From positions 2,975-66,974 of the forward strand of contig JASHRV010000394.1 in the NCBI GenBank assembly GCA_030037175.1: DNA of 64,000 nucleotides, in the 5' to 3' direction. Both the position numbers and the translations under genes were made by a program. The stretch comes from Acetobacteraceae bacterium. Lineage in GTDB: Bacteria; Pseudomonadota; Alphaproteobacteria; Acetobacterales; Acetobacteraceae. The notes below the pieces were generated by a model. That model had not been told where the DNA came from and did no database searches. It saw nothing but the letters and a program-made list of their open reading frames with translations. Each line of letters starts with the position of its first letter. Position 1 is the stretch's first letter. Shown one piece after another: positions 9,915 through 19,291 of the stretch.

Positions 9915-10742
9915 CTATTGAAGCTCGGCGCTGCCATCGCCCTCGATTGCGGCGAGGTAGCGCACCACCGAGGCTTCGAGCGCCTGGCGGCCTCCGCTCC
10001 CAATTTCGCGGTCGGCAAACGCGCCATAGATCGCGTCGAATGTGACGTTCGTGAGCGCGGCTACGATGCGACGCACCGCGGGTGCGGAGAGCGGCCAGTA
10101 ATTGGGGTAGCTCCGCATGAAGGAGACATGCTGCCGATCCGGCAGGACCTGGAGGATATCACCGGAAAGCAGTGCGCCTTTCCCTTCCGCGCCATCGGCC
10201 CAGTGCAGCACGGTCCCACCGGCAAAATGGCCGCCGCAGCAGATGAGCGTAAGGCCTGGCGCGAGCGAAAGCGATTCGGCATCCCAGAATCGGATGGCCG
10301 GGTCCGGCCGCATCACCCATTGCCGGTCGTTGGCGTGAAGGTGGATCGGGCACTGAAAAGCAATCGCCCAGTCCACCATCGCCGTATAGTAATGAGGATG
10401 GGAGATCGCGATCCCGGCCAGCCCACCGAGGGCGCGGATCAGCGCCTCGGTCGCCGGATCGAGGAGCGAGACACAATCCCATAGAATGTTGCCGCCGGGG
10501 TGACAGACGAGGAGGGCGCGCTCGCCGATGGCGAATGTGGGCGTGACGGCGATCGAGAAAAGCCCGGGCGCGAGCAGGCGAAAGACGTTTGTGTGACCGC
10601 GGACGAGCGCTTGCGGGGTCGTCCAACCTTGTCCGGCCGGGTTCACATATTGCCGCGGATCCTCGCAGATCGGGCAAGCAGACGGAGGGATTTCGGAGGG
10701 TGAATACTGGGTCCCGCAGGTGGTGCAGATAAAGGCAGGCAT
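9915..10742 (-). CDS. MBL-fold metallo-hydrolase with N-terminal CxxC..CxxC zinc-ribbon
   Basis: MPAFICTTCGTQY..CPICEDPRQY followed by an MBL fold (ISHPHYY). ATG at 10742. The 491-aa ORF extension overlaps the next gene in another frame. Confidence 0.8.
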   Translation of the reverse strand: MPAFICTTCGTQYSPSEIPPSACPICEDPRQYVNPAGQGWTTPQALVRGHTNVFRLLAPGLFSIAVTPTFAIGERALLVCHPGGNILWDCVSLLDPATEALIRALGGLAGIAISHPHYYTAMVDWAIAFQCPIHLHANDRQWVMRPDPAIRFWDAESLSLAPGLTLICCGGHFAGGTVLHWADGAEGKGALLSGDILQVLPDRQHVSFMRSYPNYWPLSAPAVRRIVAALTNVTFDAIYGAFADREIGSGGRQALEASVVRYLAAIEGDGSAELQ

Positions 10743-10746
10743 CGTT

Positions 10747-11787
10747 TCACTCCACCGGATGATCGGTGAACATCGCGGCAATGGCGGCGGGATCGACCTC
10801 CTCGATCGTAGGCGGGGTCCAGCGCGGTTTGCGGTCCTTATCCACCAGCATCGCACGCACGCCTTCGGCGAAGTCGGGATGGCGAGCAACGCGCCGCACG
10901 AGCGCGAGCTCATCGGCAAGGGCTGCGGGCAGGGTCTGGCGCGCGCCACGGCGCAGGATCTCGAAGCTCCAGCAGATCGATGAAGGCGAGAAACCGCTGA
11001 GCGCCGCAAGCGTGTCGGCGCCGAACGGGGTTGGCTCGATTGCCAGGCGTGCCAAAATTTCCTTGACCGATGGGGCGCCGAAACAGCGGTCGATCGCGGC
11101 ACGCTGGGAGGCGAAGGAGAAAGGGGGAAGCGGCTCGGCGAAGGCGGCGAGCACGGCCTGGCCGTCCTCGGCGAGAGCGGCGGAGAGCGCCGAGAGACGC
11201 GCCCGCGGCACGTGGTGCGTGGCAAGGCCCGCATGGGCCGCGTCTGCGCCGGCAAGCCGCCCGCCGGTGAGTGCAAGCCAGATGCCGAGCGCGCCGGGAA
11301 GGCGCGGCAGGACATGGCTCGCACCGATGTCCGGAAAGAGGGCGATTGCGGTTTCCGGCATCGCGAACAGGGCGTGCTCGGTCGCGACACGCGCCGAGCC
11401 GTGCACCGAAATGCCGATCCCGCCGCCCATGCAAATACCGTCGATCAGAGCGATATAGGGCTTTGGATATTCGGCGATCGCGCGATTCAGAGCGTATTCC
11501 TCGGAGAAGAAGGCGAAGATGGCGTCATCGTTTCCGGCCAGCGCGAATTCACGGATGGCGCGGACATCGCCACCGGCGCAGAAAGACCGGGGGTCTGTCG
11601 ACTCGACCACCACGGCGTGCACCTTGGGTTCGTCCCTCCAGTCATCGAGTGCCGCGTGGATGGCCCGGACCATGTCGAGGTCGAGCGCATTCAGGGCGGT
11701 CGGGCGGTCGAGCCGGATCCGGCCGATGCGCCCGTCCCGGCTCGCCATCACGCTTCGGTTCTCGCCCTCTGCTGCTTTGTTCACCAT
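10747..11787 (-). CDS. Enoyl-CoA hydratase/isomerase family, 3-hydroxyisobutyryl-CoA hydrolase-like
   Basis: RPTALNAL, FCAGGDVR, ALIDGICMGGG and FAMPETAIALFPDIG motifs. ATG at 11787. Confidence 0.85.
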   Translation of the reverse strand: MVNKAAEGENRSVMASRDGRIGRIRLDRPTALNALDLDMVRAIHAALDDWRDEPKVHAVVVESTDPRSFCAGGDVRAIREFALAGNDDAIFAFFSEEYALNRAIAEYPKPYIALIDGICMGGGIGISVHGSARVATEHALFAMPETAIALFPDIGASHVLPRLPGALGIWLALTGGRLAGADAAHAGLATHHVPRARLSALSAALAEDGQAVLAAFAEPLPPFSFASQRAAIDRCFGAPSVKEILARLAIEPTPFGADTLAALSGFSPSSICWSFEILRRGARQTLPAALADELALVRRVARHPDFAEGVRAMLVDKDRKPRWTPPTIEEVDPAAIAAMFTDHPVE

Positions 11788-11976
11788 ATGCCTCCCGCGC
11801 CGCTTCCACGGATTGAGTGACCCTTGGGAAGGATTGGTATATGAGGCCCGTTCCCGCCACCCCTGGCCAGCCCTGCCTGCCGTGACCCGCTTTCCGGCGG
11901 CATGCGGGGCGGCCAAGAAACGTCGCGTGAGGTCGAACCCTTGAGCAGCCATCTCCGTACCCGCTTTCCGTGAGAA

Positions 11977-13152
11977 TTGGCCGGAGCCTCGCCGCCCAGG
12001 GACCGATGTCCGGTGGTTGATGTGACGGAGCGGCCTGGACACGGCGAGGCAAGGAGGGCCTCCCTCAAACGGATCGACCGCGGCGAGAGCGTCGCCCTGG
12101 TCTTCACGGGCCGGCTGGATGCCGACGGTGTGGCCCGGCTTTGGACGCAGACGCTGAAGGCGGCGGCCGGGGCCAGAGGGCGGCCCTTGCTGTACGATCT
12201 CTCCGCGGTCTCCTTCTGCGATACGGCCGGTGCCGCCCTTCTGGTCGCGGCGGAGAATACGCACGGCGAGCCGGCGCGGCTGACCGGCGAGGCCGAGGGC
12301 CTGGACCTCCTGCTGGAAAGAGTGCGGCAGGCCCTGCCCCCACCCCGGCCGGGGGCGAGGGCATCGGCGCGTCGGCCTGCGTTCCACCCGCTCAGCCTCG
12401 GCCTCGCGGCTGCCGCCGGCGGGATCGCCTTCCTGGGGGAGACTGTCGTCGCTGGTCTTCTCGTCCCGCGGCGGCTCAGGATGCTGCGGCCCGAGGATCT
12501 TTTCGCGGTGGCCGACCAGGCCGGTGTGCGGGCGATGCCGCTGATCCTCCTCCTCGGCTTCCTGATCGGACTGATCCTCGCCTTCCAGTCGGCGGTGCCG
12601 ATGCAGGCCTTCGGTGCCGTGATCTATGTCGCCAACCTTGTCTCGATCAGCCTCTTCCGCGAGCTCGGGCCGCTGCTTGCCGCCGTCATTCTTTCCGGCC
12701 GCACGGCCTCGGCTTTTGCCGCCGAGATCGGCACGATGAAGGTCAACGAGGAGATCGACGCCCTCTCGACCATGGGCATCGATCCCGTGACCATGCTGGT
12801 GCTGCCGCGGATGATCGCGGCCGTGCTGGTGATGCCGATGCTGACAATCGGGCTCGAGATCGCCGGCCTGGCCGGGATGACGGTGGTGATGGAGATATTC
12901 GGCTTCCCGCTGGCGGCGATCGTGCGGCAGGTCCAGGGGGCAGCGCGAATCGGCGATTTCACAGGCGGCCTCTTCAAGGCTGTCTGCTTCGCAGCGGTGG
13001 TGGCGGCAATCGGCTGCAACCGCGGCCTCACAACCGGCCAGGGTCCGCGGGCGGTGGGCGTCTCCACCACCGCCGCCGTGGTCGGCGGCATCGTTGCGAC
13101 AATCGCGCTCGACGGCATTTTCGCCCTCATCTTTTACCGGCTCAATCTGTGA
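11977..13152 (+). CDS. MlaE-family ABC permease with N-terminal STAS-like domain
   Basis: The C-terminal ~260 aa match MlaE (GPLLAAVILSGRTASAFAAEIGTMKVNEEIDAL). The N-terminal ~110 aa (VALVFTGRLDADGVARLW..FCDTAGAALL) look like a STAS anti-sigma-antagonist fold. Start uncertain (TTG at 11977). Confidence 0.85.
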   Translation: MAGASPPRDRCPVVDVTERPGHGEARRASLKRIDRGESVALVFTGRLDADGVARLWTQTLKAAAGARGRPLLYDLSAVSFCDTAGAALLVAAENTHGEPARLTGEAEGLDLLLERVRQALPPPRPGARASARRPAFHPLSLGLAAAAGGIAFLGETVVAGLLVPRRLRMLRPEDLFAVADQAGVRAMPLILLLGFLIGLILAFQSAVPMQAFGAVIYVANLVSISLFRELGPLLAAVILSGRTASAFAAEIGTMKVNEEIDALSTMGIDPVTMLVLPRMIAAVLVMPMLTIGLEIAGLAGMTVVMEIFGFPLAAIVRQVQGAARIGDFTGGLFKAVCFAAVVAAIGCNRGLTTGQGPRAVGVSTTAAVVGGIVATIALDGIFALIFYRLNL

Positions 13153-13895
13153 GCACTGCAGGAGCTCCGATCATCCGGGCCGAGGGTGTGGCACAGCGCT
13201 TCGGCGCCAACACGATCTTCCGGGACGTTTCGTTCACGGTCGCTCAGAAAGAAGTGTTCGTGATCCTCGGTGGCTCCGGCTGCGGCAAATCGACCCTGAT
13301 GAGGCAGCTGATCGGCCTGCTCGAGCCGACAGCGGGACATATCGAGGTCCTCGGCCACGATATGTCGCGCGAGCGCCGCCTCGTCCTGCCGCGGATCGGC
13401 GTGATGTTCCAGTCCGGGGCACTTTTCGGCTCGATGAGCCTGCTTGAGAACGTCATGCTCCCACTCGAGATCTTTACCAACCTGCCGCCGCCGGCGCGCG
13501 CGGTGGTGGCGCGCACGAAGCTCGGCCTCGTCGGCCTTGCCGATGCGGCCGACCTGCCGCCGGCTGAAGTCTCCGGCGGCATGATCAAGCGCGCGGCCAT
13601 CGCCCGCGCGCTCGCGCTCGACCCGCCTTTGCTCTTTCTCGACGAGCCGGCCGCGGGCCTCGATCCGATCACCTCGGCCGGCCTCGACAAGCTGATCCTC
13701 GAGCTGCGCGCCGCCCTCGGCGTCACCTTCATCGTCGTCACCCACGAGCTCTCCTCGATCATGGCCATTGCGGACCGCTGCATCATGCTCGACCGTGATG
13801 CGCATGGTCTCATCGCCGAAGGGGTTCCTCAGCAACTGAAGGCGGAGAGCAAGAATCCTATCGTGCACGCCTTCTTCCATCGCGAGGTGCTCTGA
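13149..13895 (+). CDS. MlaF-like ABC transporter ATP-binding protein
   Basis: GTG at 13149 overlaps the permease stop. Walker A GGSGCGKST, signature SGGMIKR, Walker B LLFLDEP. Confidence 0.9.
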   Translation: MSTAGAPIIRAEGVAQRFGANTIFRDVSFTVAQKEVFVILGGSGCGKSTLMRQLIGLLEPTAGHIEVLGHDMSRERRLVLPRIGVMFQSGALFGSMSLLENVMLPLEIFTNLPPPARAVVARTKLGLVGLADAADLPPAEVSGGMIKRAAIARALALDPPLLFLDEPAAGLDPITSAGLDKLILELRAALGVTFIVVTHELSSIMAIADRCIMLDRDAHGLIAEGVPQQLKAESKNPIVHAFFHREVL

Positions 13896-14917
13896 TGGGC
13901 GCGCGCGGGACGTTCCTGCGCGTTGGCCTGCTCGTCCTGGTGGGCATCGGCGCCGTTCTCGGCATCGTGCTCTTCCTCAGTGGCAACAATTTCTCCAACG
14001 GCGTCGAGCTCGAGACCTATTTCCGTGAATCGGTGCAGGGCCTCGACGTTGGCGCGCCGGTCAATTATCTCGGCGTCACCCTCGGCCGCGTCGCCGAGAT
14101 CGGGCTCGTTACCGCCGAGTACGGCCAGGGCATGCCGATGGATGTCCGCCGCACCACCTACCGTCTCGTCTATGTCCGTTTCATCGTTAATCCGCGGAAG
14201 ATCGGCCGCGTGCTCTCGCAGACGGACATAGAGAACGCCGTGACTGCCGGCCTGCGCGCGAAAGTCGCCGCGCAGGGAATCACCGGCATCAGCTATCTCT
14301 CTCTCGATTTCGTCAGTCCAGAGCAATATCCTGCACTGGCGGTGCCCTGGAAGCCGGAGTACCCCTATATCCCCTCAGTGCCGAGCGCGTTTGCTCAGGT
14401 GCAAACCGCAGCCGAACAGATTGCCACCCAGCTGGAGCAGATCGACTTCAAGGCAATCGCCCAGAGCCTGCTTGGACTCACCAGGACGCTGCAGCAGCAA
14501 TTGACGAACGGAGACGCCCATCAAACGCTCGCAGCCGCGACCGCGCTGCTCGATGCCCTGCAGATCAACCTGGAGAAGGCCGATCTCCCAGCCCTCGCTT
14601 CCAGCCTGCGCAAGACCAGTGACGCCGCGGCTGACGTCGTCAGAAGCGAGCAGCTCCGCCAGCTTCTCGCCAACACGGCCGCGGCCACGGGCGAGTTCGC
14701 CACCGCTGCCAAGGCGCTGCCGCCACTTATCGCGGCCCTTTCGCAAACCGTCGACCGTACCGATGCCGCGACCGCGGAACTGCAACGGCGCATGACGGGC
14801 ATCCTCGCCGACCTGCAGGCGACCGCCGGCAATCTTCGCGACACCACCGACGAGCTGCGCAGCTATCCTGCCGGCGCGCTTTTTGGCGGGCCGCCGCCAC
14901 GCAGGAACGGAGAATGA
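13895..14917 (+). CDS. MlaD/MCE-domain substrate-binding protein
   Basis: N-terminal TM helix plus an MCE domain (LDVGAPVNYLGVTLGRV) and a long helical C-terminus. ATGA overlap with the ATPase. Confidence 0.85.
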   Translation: MGARGTFLRVGLLVLVGIGAVLGIVLFLSGNNFSNGVELETYFRESVQGLDVGAPVNYLGVTLGRVAEIGLVTAEYGQGMPMDVRRTTYRLVYVRFIVNPRKIGRVLSQTDIENAVTAGLRAKVAAQGITGISYLSLDFVSPEQYPALAVPWKPEYPYIPSVPSAFAQVQTAAEQIATQLEQIDFKAIAQSLLGLTRTLQQQLTNGDAHQTLAAATALLDALQINLEKADLPALASSLRKTSDAAADVVRSEQLRQLLANTAAATGEFATAAKALPPLIAALSQTVDRTDAATAELQRRMTGILADLQATAGNLRDTTDELRSYPAGALFGGPPPRRNGE

Positions 14918-15519
14918 CGATGCGGCGGCGCCTCTTTCTTTCCGGCCTGCCGCTGACTCTCTGCGGTTGTGCCTCGACATTTGAGCGGCCCTATGTCGCA
15001 CGCCAGGACTGGGCGCTCTCGGTGCCGCCACCTCCGACCGACGCTCCCGAACGAAAGGGGCGGAAGGTGCTGCTTGTGCGCAGCATGCTTGCCGCGCCGG
15101 AGCTCGGCGACCGAGGGCTCAAGACGCTCAGCCCGGACGGCACCATGACGACCAGCTTCTACGAACGCTGGGCGGCGCCGCCGGCGGACGGCGTGGGCGC
15201 ATCACTCACTCAGTACCTTGCTCAGTCCGGACTGTTCTCCGCGGTCCTCGCCCCGGGCAGCCTCGCCGATGCGGACCTAACACTCGAGCCGAACCTGCTG
15301 GCGCTCTGGGCCGAGCCGGCGGCAGGCCGGGCGTTTGCTTCGCTCTCGGTCGTATTGCTCGCGACACGTACGCTTACCTCGCGCGTGCTGCTGCAGGCGA
15401 CCGAAAGCGCCTCGGTGCCCATCGCGGGACAGGGCACAGAGGCTGAGGTCGATGCGGAGCTGGCGGCGCTCGGCGTGGTCTTCCATAAAATCGAGGCCGC
15501 GCTGGCGCCTTTTGCGTGA
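14914..15519 (+). CDS. ABC-transport auxiliary lipoprotein (PqiC/YmbA-like)
   Basis: Lipobox LTLCG|C, ~200 aa, translationally coupled to the MCE gene. Confidence 0.7.
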   Translation: MTMRRRLFLSGLPLTLCGCASTFERPYVARQDWALSVPPPPTDAPERKGRKVLLVRSMLAAPELGDRGLKTLSPDGTMTTSFYERWAAPPADGVGASLTQYLAQSGLFSAVLAPGSLADADLTLEPNLLALWAEPAAGRAFASLSVVLLATRTLTSRVLLQATESASVPIAGQGTEAEVDAELAALGVVFHKIEAALAPFA

Positions 15520-15619
15520 GCCCGCCACGGCCCCCCACGGCCCGCCGTCGGGTTCGCAGAGAACCAGCATCCTGGCGCGACGCTCGCGAGCGATCCGTTC
15601 GGCGAGAGGGAGGAGCCCG

Positions 15620-15889
15620 ATGATCTTTCACGTCAATCCACTGATCGCGGCCGGCGTGCTCGCCTCGACCGCAGCGACCGACGCCACCTATGTCATGTTC
15701 AGCGCCGCGGTCGCGGCGCGACGGCGCATCCCGGCCGCGAATTGGAGCGCGTTTTGGTACCTTCTCTCGGCATTCGCCGTGATCAGCTACACGCACAATG
15801 CGCTTTACGTGCTCTTTGCCGCTGCCGGCTCTTGGATTGGCGCGTTCGGATCGCTGACCTGGCTCCGGTCGCGAGGCATGGGAGCCTGA
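15620..15889 (+). CDS. Small hypothetical membrane protein (3 predicted TM helices)
   Basis: ATG preceded by GAGGGAGGAG. The 89 aa are very hydrophobic (PLIAAGVLASTAA.., WYLLSAFAVISY.., LFAAAGSWIGAFGSL). Confidence 0.5.
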   Translation: MIFHVNPLIAAGVLASTAATDATYVMFSAAVAARRRIPAANWSAFWYLLSAFAVISYTHNALYVLFAAAGSWIGAFGSLTWLRSRGMGA

Positions 15890-15895
15890 GATCTG

Positions 15896-16117
15896 GAGAG
15901 TGTCATGCCCCCTGATGAAGATTGAAAAGGAAAGGAAAACTTCTTTTTCTGAAGAAAAAGAAGCAAAAAGACTTTTCCTCGTTTCCCGGACCTTTCGCCA
16001 CCTCGGGACTCCGAACGACAGGCCGAAAACCGATGGAAGTTTCCCGGGTCTCTTTTTCAAAAGAGAGCAATCTCCATGACCTACCCTACGAGTGGATCGC
16101 GAAGGTTCATGACACGC
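15896..16117 (+). repeat. Intergenic composite-hairpin element, copy C (most complete, with terminal inverted repeat)
   Basis: The ends GAGAGTGTCATGCC.. and ..GGTTCATGACACGC are inverted (GTGTCATG/CATGACAC). Internal hairpins are CTTCTTTTTCTGAAGAAAAAGAAG and TCTCTTTTTCAAAAGAGA. The core is CCGGACC..GGGACTCCGAACG. Confidence 0.88.
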
Positions 16118-16118
16118 T

Positions 16119-16841
16119 TTAGTACATGTGTTGGCCGCCGTTGATCGACAATGTCGAGCCGGTGATGAAATCCGCATCGTCGGCGGTGAGGAACACGACC
16201 CCGCGCGCGATGTCCTCCGCATGCCCAAGCCTGCCCACGGGGATGCGGGCAATGATCTTCTGGAGCACGTCCGCCGGCACCGCACGCACCATGTCCGTAT
16301 CAACATAGCCCGGCGCGATCGCATTCACCGTGATCCCGTAGCGTGCGCCTTCCTGCGCCAATGCCTTGGTGAAGCCGTGGATGCCGGACTTGGCGGCCGC
16401 ATAGTTGACCTGCCCGTACTGACCCGCCTGCCCATTGATGCTGCCGATGTTGACGACACGGCCGAACTTCCGCTCCCGCATCCCCTCGAAGGTGAGCTTG
16501 CAGAGATTGAAGCAGGAGCCGAGATTGGTGTCGATCACCGCATCCCACATCTCGCGGCTCATTCGCATCAGCGTTGAATCGCGCGTGATGCCTGCATTGT
16601 TCACGAGGATCTCAATCGGGCCCATGGTGCGCGTGATCCGCGCCACTGCCGCTTCGCAGGCGGTGTAGTCGGAGGCATCGAAGCGCTCGATGGCGATGCC
16701 GGTCTCGGCCGCGAAGGCCTCTGCCGCCTTGTCATTGGCGGCGTAATTGGCAACCACGCTACGCCCTGCCTCCTTGAGCGCCTTGCTGACCGCTGCTCCA
16801 ATGCCGCGCGTTCCGCCGCTGACGATTGCAACCCTTGCCAT
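16119..16841 (-). CDS. phaB: Acetoacetyl-CoA reductase (SDR)
   Basis: MARVAIVSGGTRGIG.., NNAGITRD, NYAAAKSGIHGFTKALA and the C-terminal STLSINGGQHMY are typical of PhaB/PhbB. Confidence 0.88.
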   Translation of the reverse strand: MARVAIVSGGTRGIGAAVSKALKEAGRSVVANYAANDKAAEAFAAETGIAIERFDASDYTACEAAVARITRTMGPIEILVNNAGITRDSTLMRMSREMWDAVIDTNLGSCFNLCKLTFEGMRERKFGRVVNIGSINGQAGQYGQVNYAAAKSGIHGFTKALAQEGARYGITVNAIAPGYVDTDMVRAVPADVLQKIIARIPVGRLGHAEDIARGVVFLTADDADFITGSTLSINGGQHMY

Positions 16842-16870
16842 GCTGTTCCTCCTCGTTTCTCGTTATTGAA

Positions 16871-19192
16871 TTATTGAACGACTGCCCGCGCGCGTTCCGG
16901 TCTGCTGTCAAGCTGCAACGCCTGGTAGGCGGCGAGGCAGGCAAGATCGACGATCTGGCTCACTGAAGCATCGAGCGGGACGATCTGTGCAGGGCGCCTG
17001 AGGCCGAGCAGCAGCGGACCGAAGGCCGAGCCGCCGCCAAGCTTGGGAGCGAGCCTGGTTGCGATATGTGCTGCATGCAGGCCCGGCATCACCAATACGT
17101 TCGCAGTGTCCGTCAACCGGCAGAACGGATAGAGCGCGCGATAGGCGGGATCGAGCGCGACGTCCGGACTCATCTCGCCATCGAGCTCGAAATCGACCTT
17201 GAGCCGCTGCAGGATCGCGACTGTCTCGCGCAGATTGTCCACGGTCGGGTGCCGGGGGTTGCCGAAGGTCGAGTGCGAGAGAAGCGCCACGCGGGGTTCG
17301 ACGCCGAGATGTCGTGCCGCCGCTGCCGCGCCTTTGGCAATACCGACGAGCTGCTCGGATGTCGGGCGCTCGTGAATGAGCGTATCGGCAACGAAGAGGG
17401 TCCCGCCGTGCTCGCCGAGCATGAGCGTGAGGCCGAACGGGATGAGCCCGGGCGCGGGATCGATCGCACGGCCGATATCCTCGAGGCAGACCGAGGCCGA
17501 ACGGGTGACGCCGGTCACCATCGCATCGGCATCGCCCATCGCCACCATGCAGGCGGCGAAGACGTTGCGGTCCTGGTTCGCCATGCGCTGACAGTCGCGG
17601 GCGAGGAATCCATGCCGCTGAAGGCGGGAGTAGAGATAGTCGGCATAGGCACGGTTGGCGCTCGAGAGTCGAGCATTGTGGATCTCGATACCCTCCGGAT
17701 GCGTGAGGCCGAGGCTCGCCATCGTCGCCGTCACGCGGTCTTCGCGCCCGATCAGGATGGGCGTGCCGAAGCCGGCGTTGCGGAAGGCGACAGCGGCGCG
17801 CACGACTTTCTCCTCCTCGCCCTCGGCGAAGACGACGCGCTTGGGTTCGCCGCGGACGCGTTCCATGATGGTTTCAAGCGCGTTGGCCGTGCGATTGAGC
17901 CGCCCGGAAAGCCCTCTTGCGTAGCGGGTGAGATCCGGGTTGGGCTTCGCCGCAACGCCGCTCTCCATCGCCGCCCGGGCGACTGCCGGCGGCACATGCG
18001 AAATGAGACGCGGGTCGAAGGCGTTTGGGATGATGTACTCCGGCCCGAACTTGAGCCTGCTGCCCGCAGCGGCGGTGTTTACCTCGTCCGGCACGTCCTC
18101 GCGCGCGAGCATGGCCAGCGCTTCGGCGGCGGCGATCTTCATCGCGTCGTTGATGGTGCGCGCGCGCACATCGAGCGCGCCGCGAAAGATGTAGGGGAAG
18201 CCGAGCACATTGTTGACCTGATTCGGATAATCCGAGCGGCCGGTCGCTATGATCGCATCGGGACGCACGGCGCGTGCCTGTTCGGGCGTGATCTCGGGAT
18301 CCGGATTGGCCATCGCAAAGATGATCGGCTTGGCGGCCATGCGGCGGACCATCTCCGGGGTCAGCGCGCCCTTGACCGAGAGGCCGAAGAAGACGTCCGC
18401 CCCCTCCAGCGCCTGGGTGAGCGTGCGCGCCTCGGTGCGCACGGCGTGGCCCGACTTCCACTGATTCATGCCCTTTTCGCGACCCTGATAGATCACGCCC
18501 GCAGTGTCGCAGAGCAGCACGTTCTCGGGCCTGACACCCATTGCTTTGAGCAGCTCCGCGCAGGCGACGCCCGCCGCGCCCGCGCCGTTGATGACCAGCC
18601 GGATCTCGTGCAGCCCGCGGCCGGTGAGATGGCATGCATTGATCAGACCGGCGACGGCGACGATCGCGGTGCCGTGCTGGTCATCATGGAAAACCGGGAT
18701 GTCCATGAGCTCGCGCAGACGCTGCTCGATGACGAAGCATTCCGGCGCCTTGATGTCCTCGAGGTTGATGCCGCCGAAGCTGGCGCCGAGAAAGCGCACC
18801 GCGCCGACGAACTCGTCGACATCCTCGGTCGAGATCTCGAGATCGATCCCATCGATATCGGCGAAACGTTTGAAGAGCGCGACCTTGCCCTCCATCACCG
18901 GCTTCGCTGCGAGAGCGCCGAGATTGCCAAGCCCAAGCACGGCGGTGCCGTTGGAGATCACCGCCACCATGTTGCCGCGCGTCGTGTAGTCGTAGGCGAG
19001 CGTCGGGTCGCGCTGGATGCGCAGGCATGGCTCGGCGACGCCGGGCGAATAGGCGAGCGAAAGATCGCGCGCGGTGGTGAGCGGCTTGCTGATGCGTGTC
19101 TCAAGCTTGCCAGGCCGCCCCATGGCATGCAGCGCGAGCGCTTCCTCCGCCGAGATGTGCGCTGTGCGCGTGTCGACAATGCCGTCCGCCAT
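16871..19192 (-). CDS. maeB: NADP-dependent malic enzyme with C-terminal phosphotransacetylase-like domain
   Basis: 773 aa with LSLAYSPGVAEPC and FHDDQHGTAIV motifs plus a PTA-like C-terminal half. Confidence 0.93.
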   Translation of the reverse strand: MADGIVDTRTAHISAEEALALHAMGRPGKLETRISKPLTTARDLSLAYSPGVAEPCLRIQRDPTLAYDYTTRGNMVAVISNGTAVLGLGNLGALAAKPVMEGKVALFKRFADIDGIDLEISTEDVDEFVGAVRFLGASFGGINLEDIKAPECFVIEQRLRELMDIPVFHDDQHGTAIVAVAGLINACHLTGRGLHEIRLVINGAGAAGVACAELLKAMGVRPENVLLCDTAGVIYQGREKGMNQWKSGHAVRTEARTLTQALEGADVFFGLSVKGALTPEMVRRMAAKPIIFAMANPDPEITPEQARAVRPDAIIATGRSDYPNQVNNVLGFPYIFRGALDVRARTINDAMKIAAAEALAMLAREDVPDEVNTAAAGSRLKFGPEYIIPNAFDPRLISHVPPAVARAAMESGVAAKPNPDLTRYARGLSGRLNRTANALETIMERVRGEPKRVVFAEGEEEKVVRAAVAFRNAGFGTPILIGREDRVTATMASLGLTHPEGIEIHNARLSSANRAYADYLYSRLQRHGFLARDCQRMANQDRNVFAACMVAMGDADAMVTGVTRSASVCLEDIGRAIDPAPGLIPFGLTLMLGEHGGTLFVADTLIHERPTSEQLVGIAKGAAAAARHLGVEPRVALLSHSTFGNPRHPTVDNLRETVAILQRLKVDFELDGEMSPDVALDPAYRALYPFCRLTDTANVLVMPGLHAAHIATRLAPKLGGGSAFGPLLLGLRRPAQIVPLDASVSQIVDLACLAAYQALQLDSRPERARAVVQ

Positions 19193-19291
19193 GGCGAAGC
19201 CTCCCTCTCTCGGCTGCCATCATGACGAGTGCAGATCGGCAAGGCAAAGTGGGCACTTCGCACTCGCGGCAGAGGCGCCTAAATCGAGGCT

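Noticed and set aside
12141-13148. First ~336 codons of the 584-aa track ORF 12141..13895
   Set aside because: This is an alternative frame over the MlaE permease with an Arg/Gly/Pro/Asp composition. ABC ATPase similarity starts only at the GTG at 13149.
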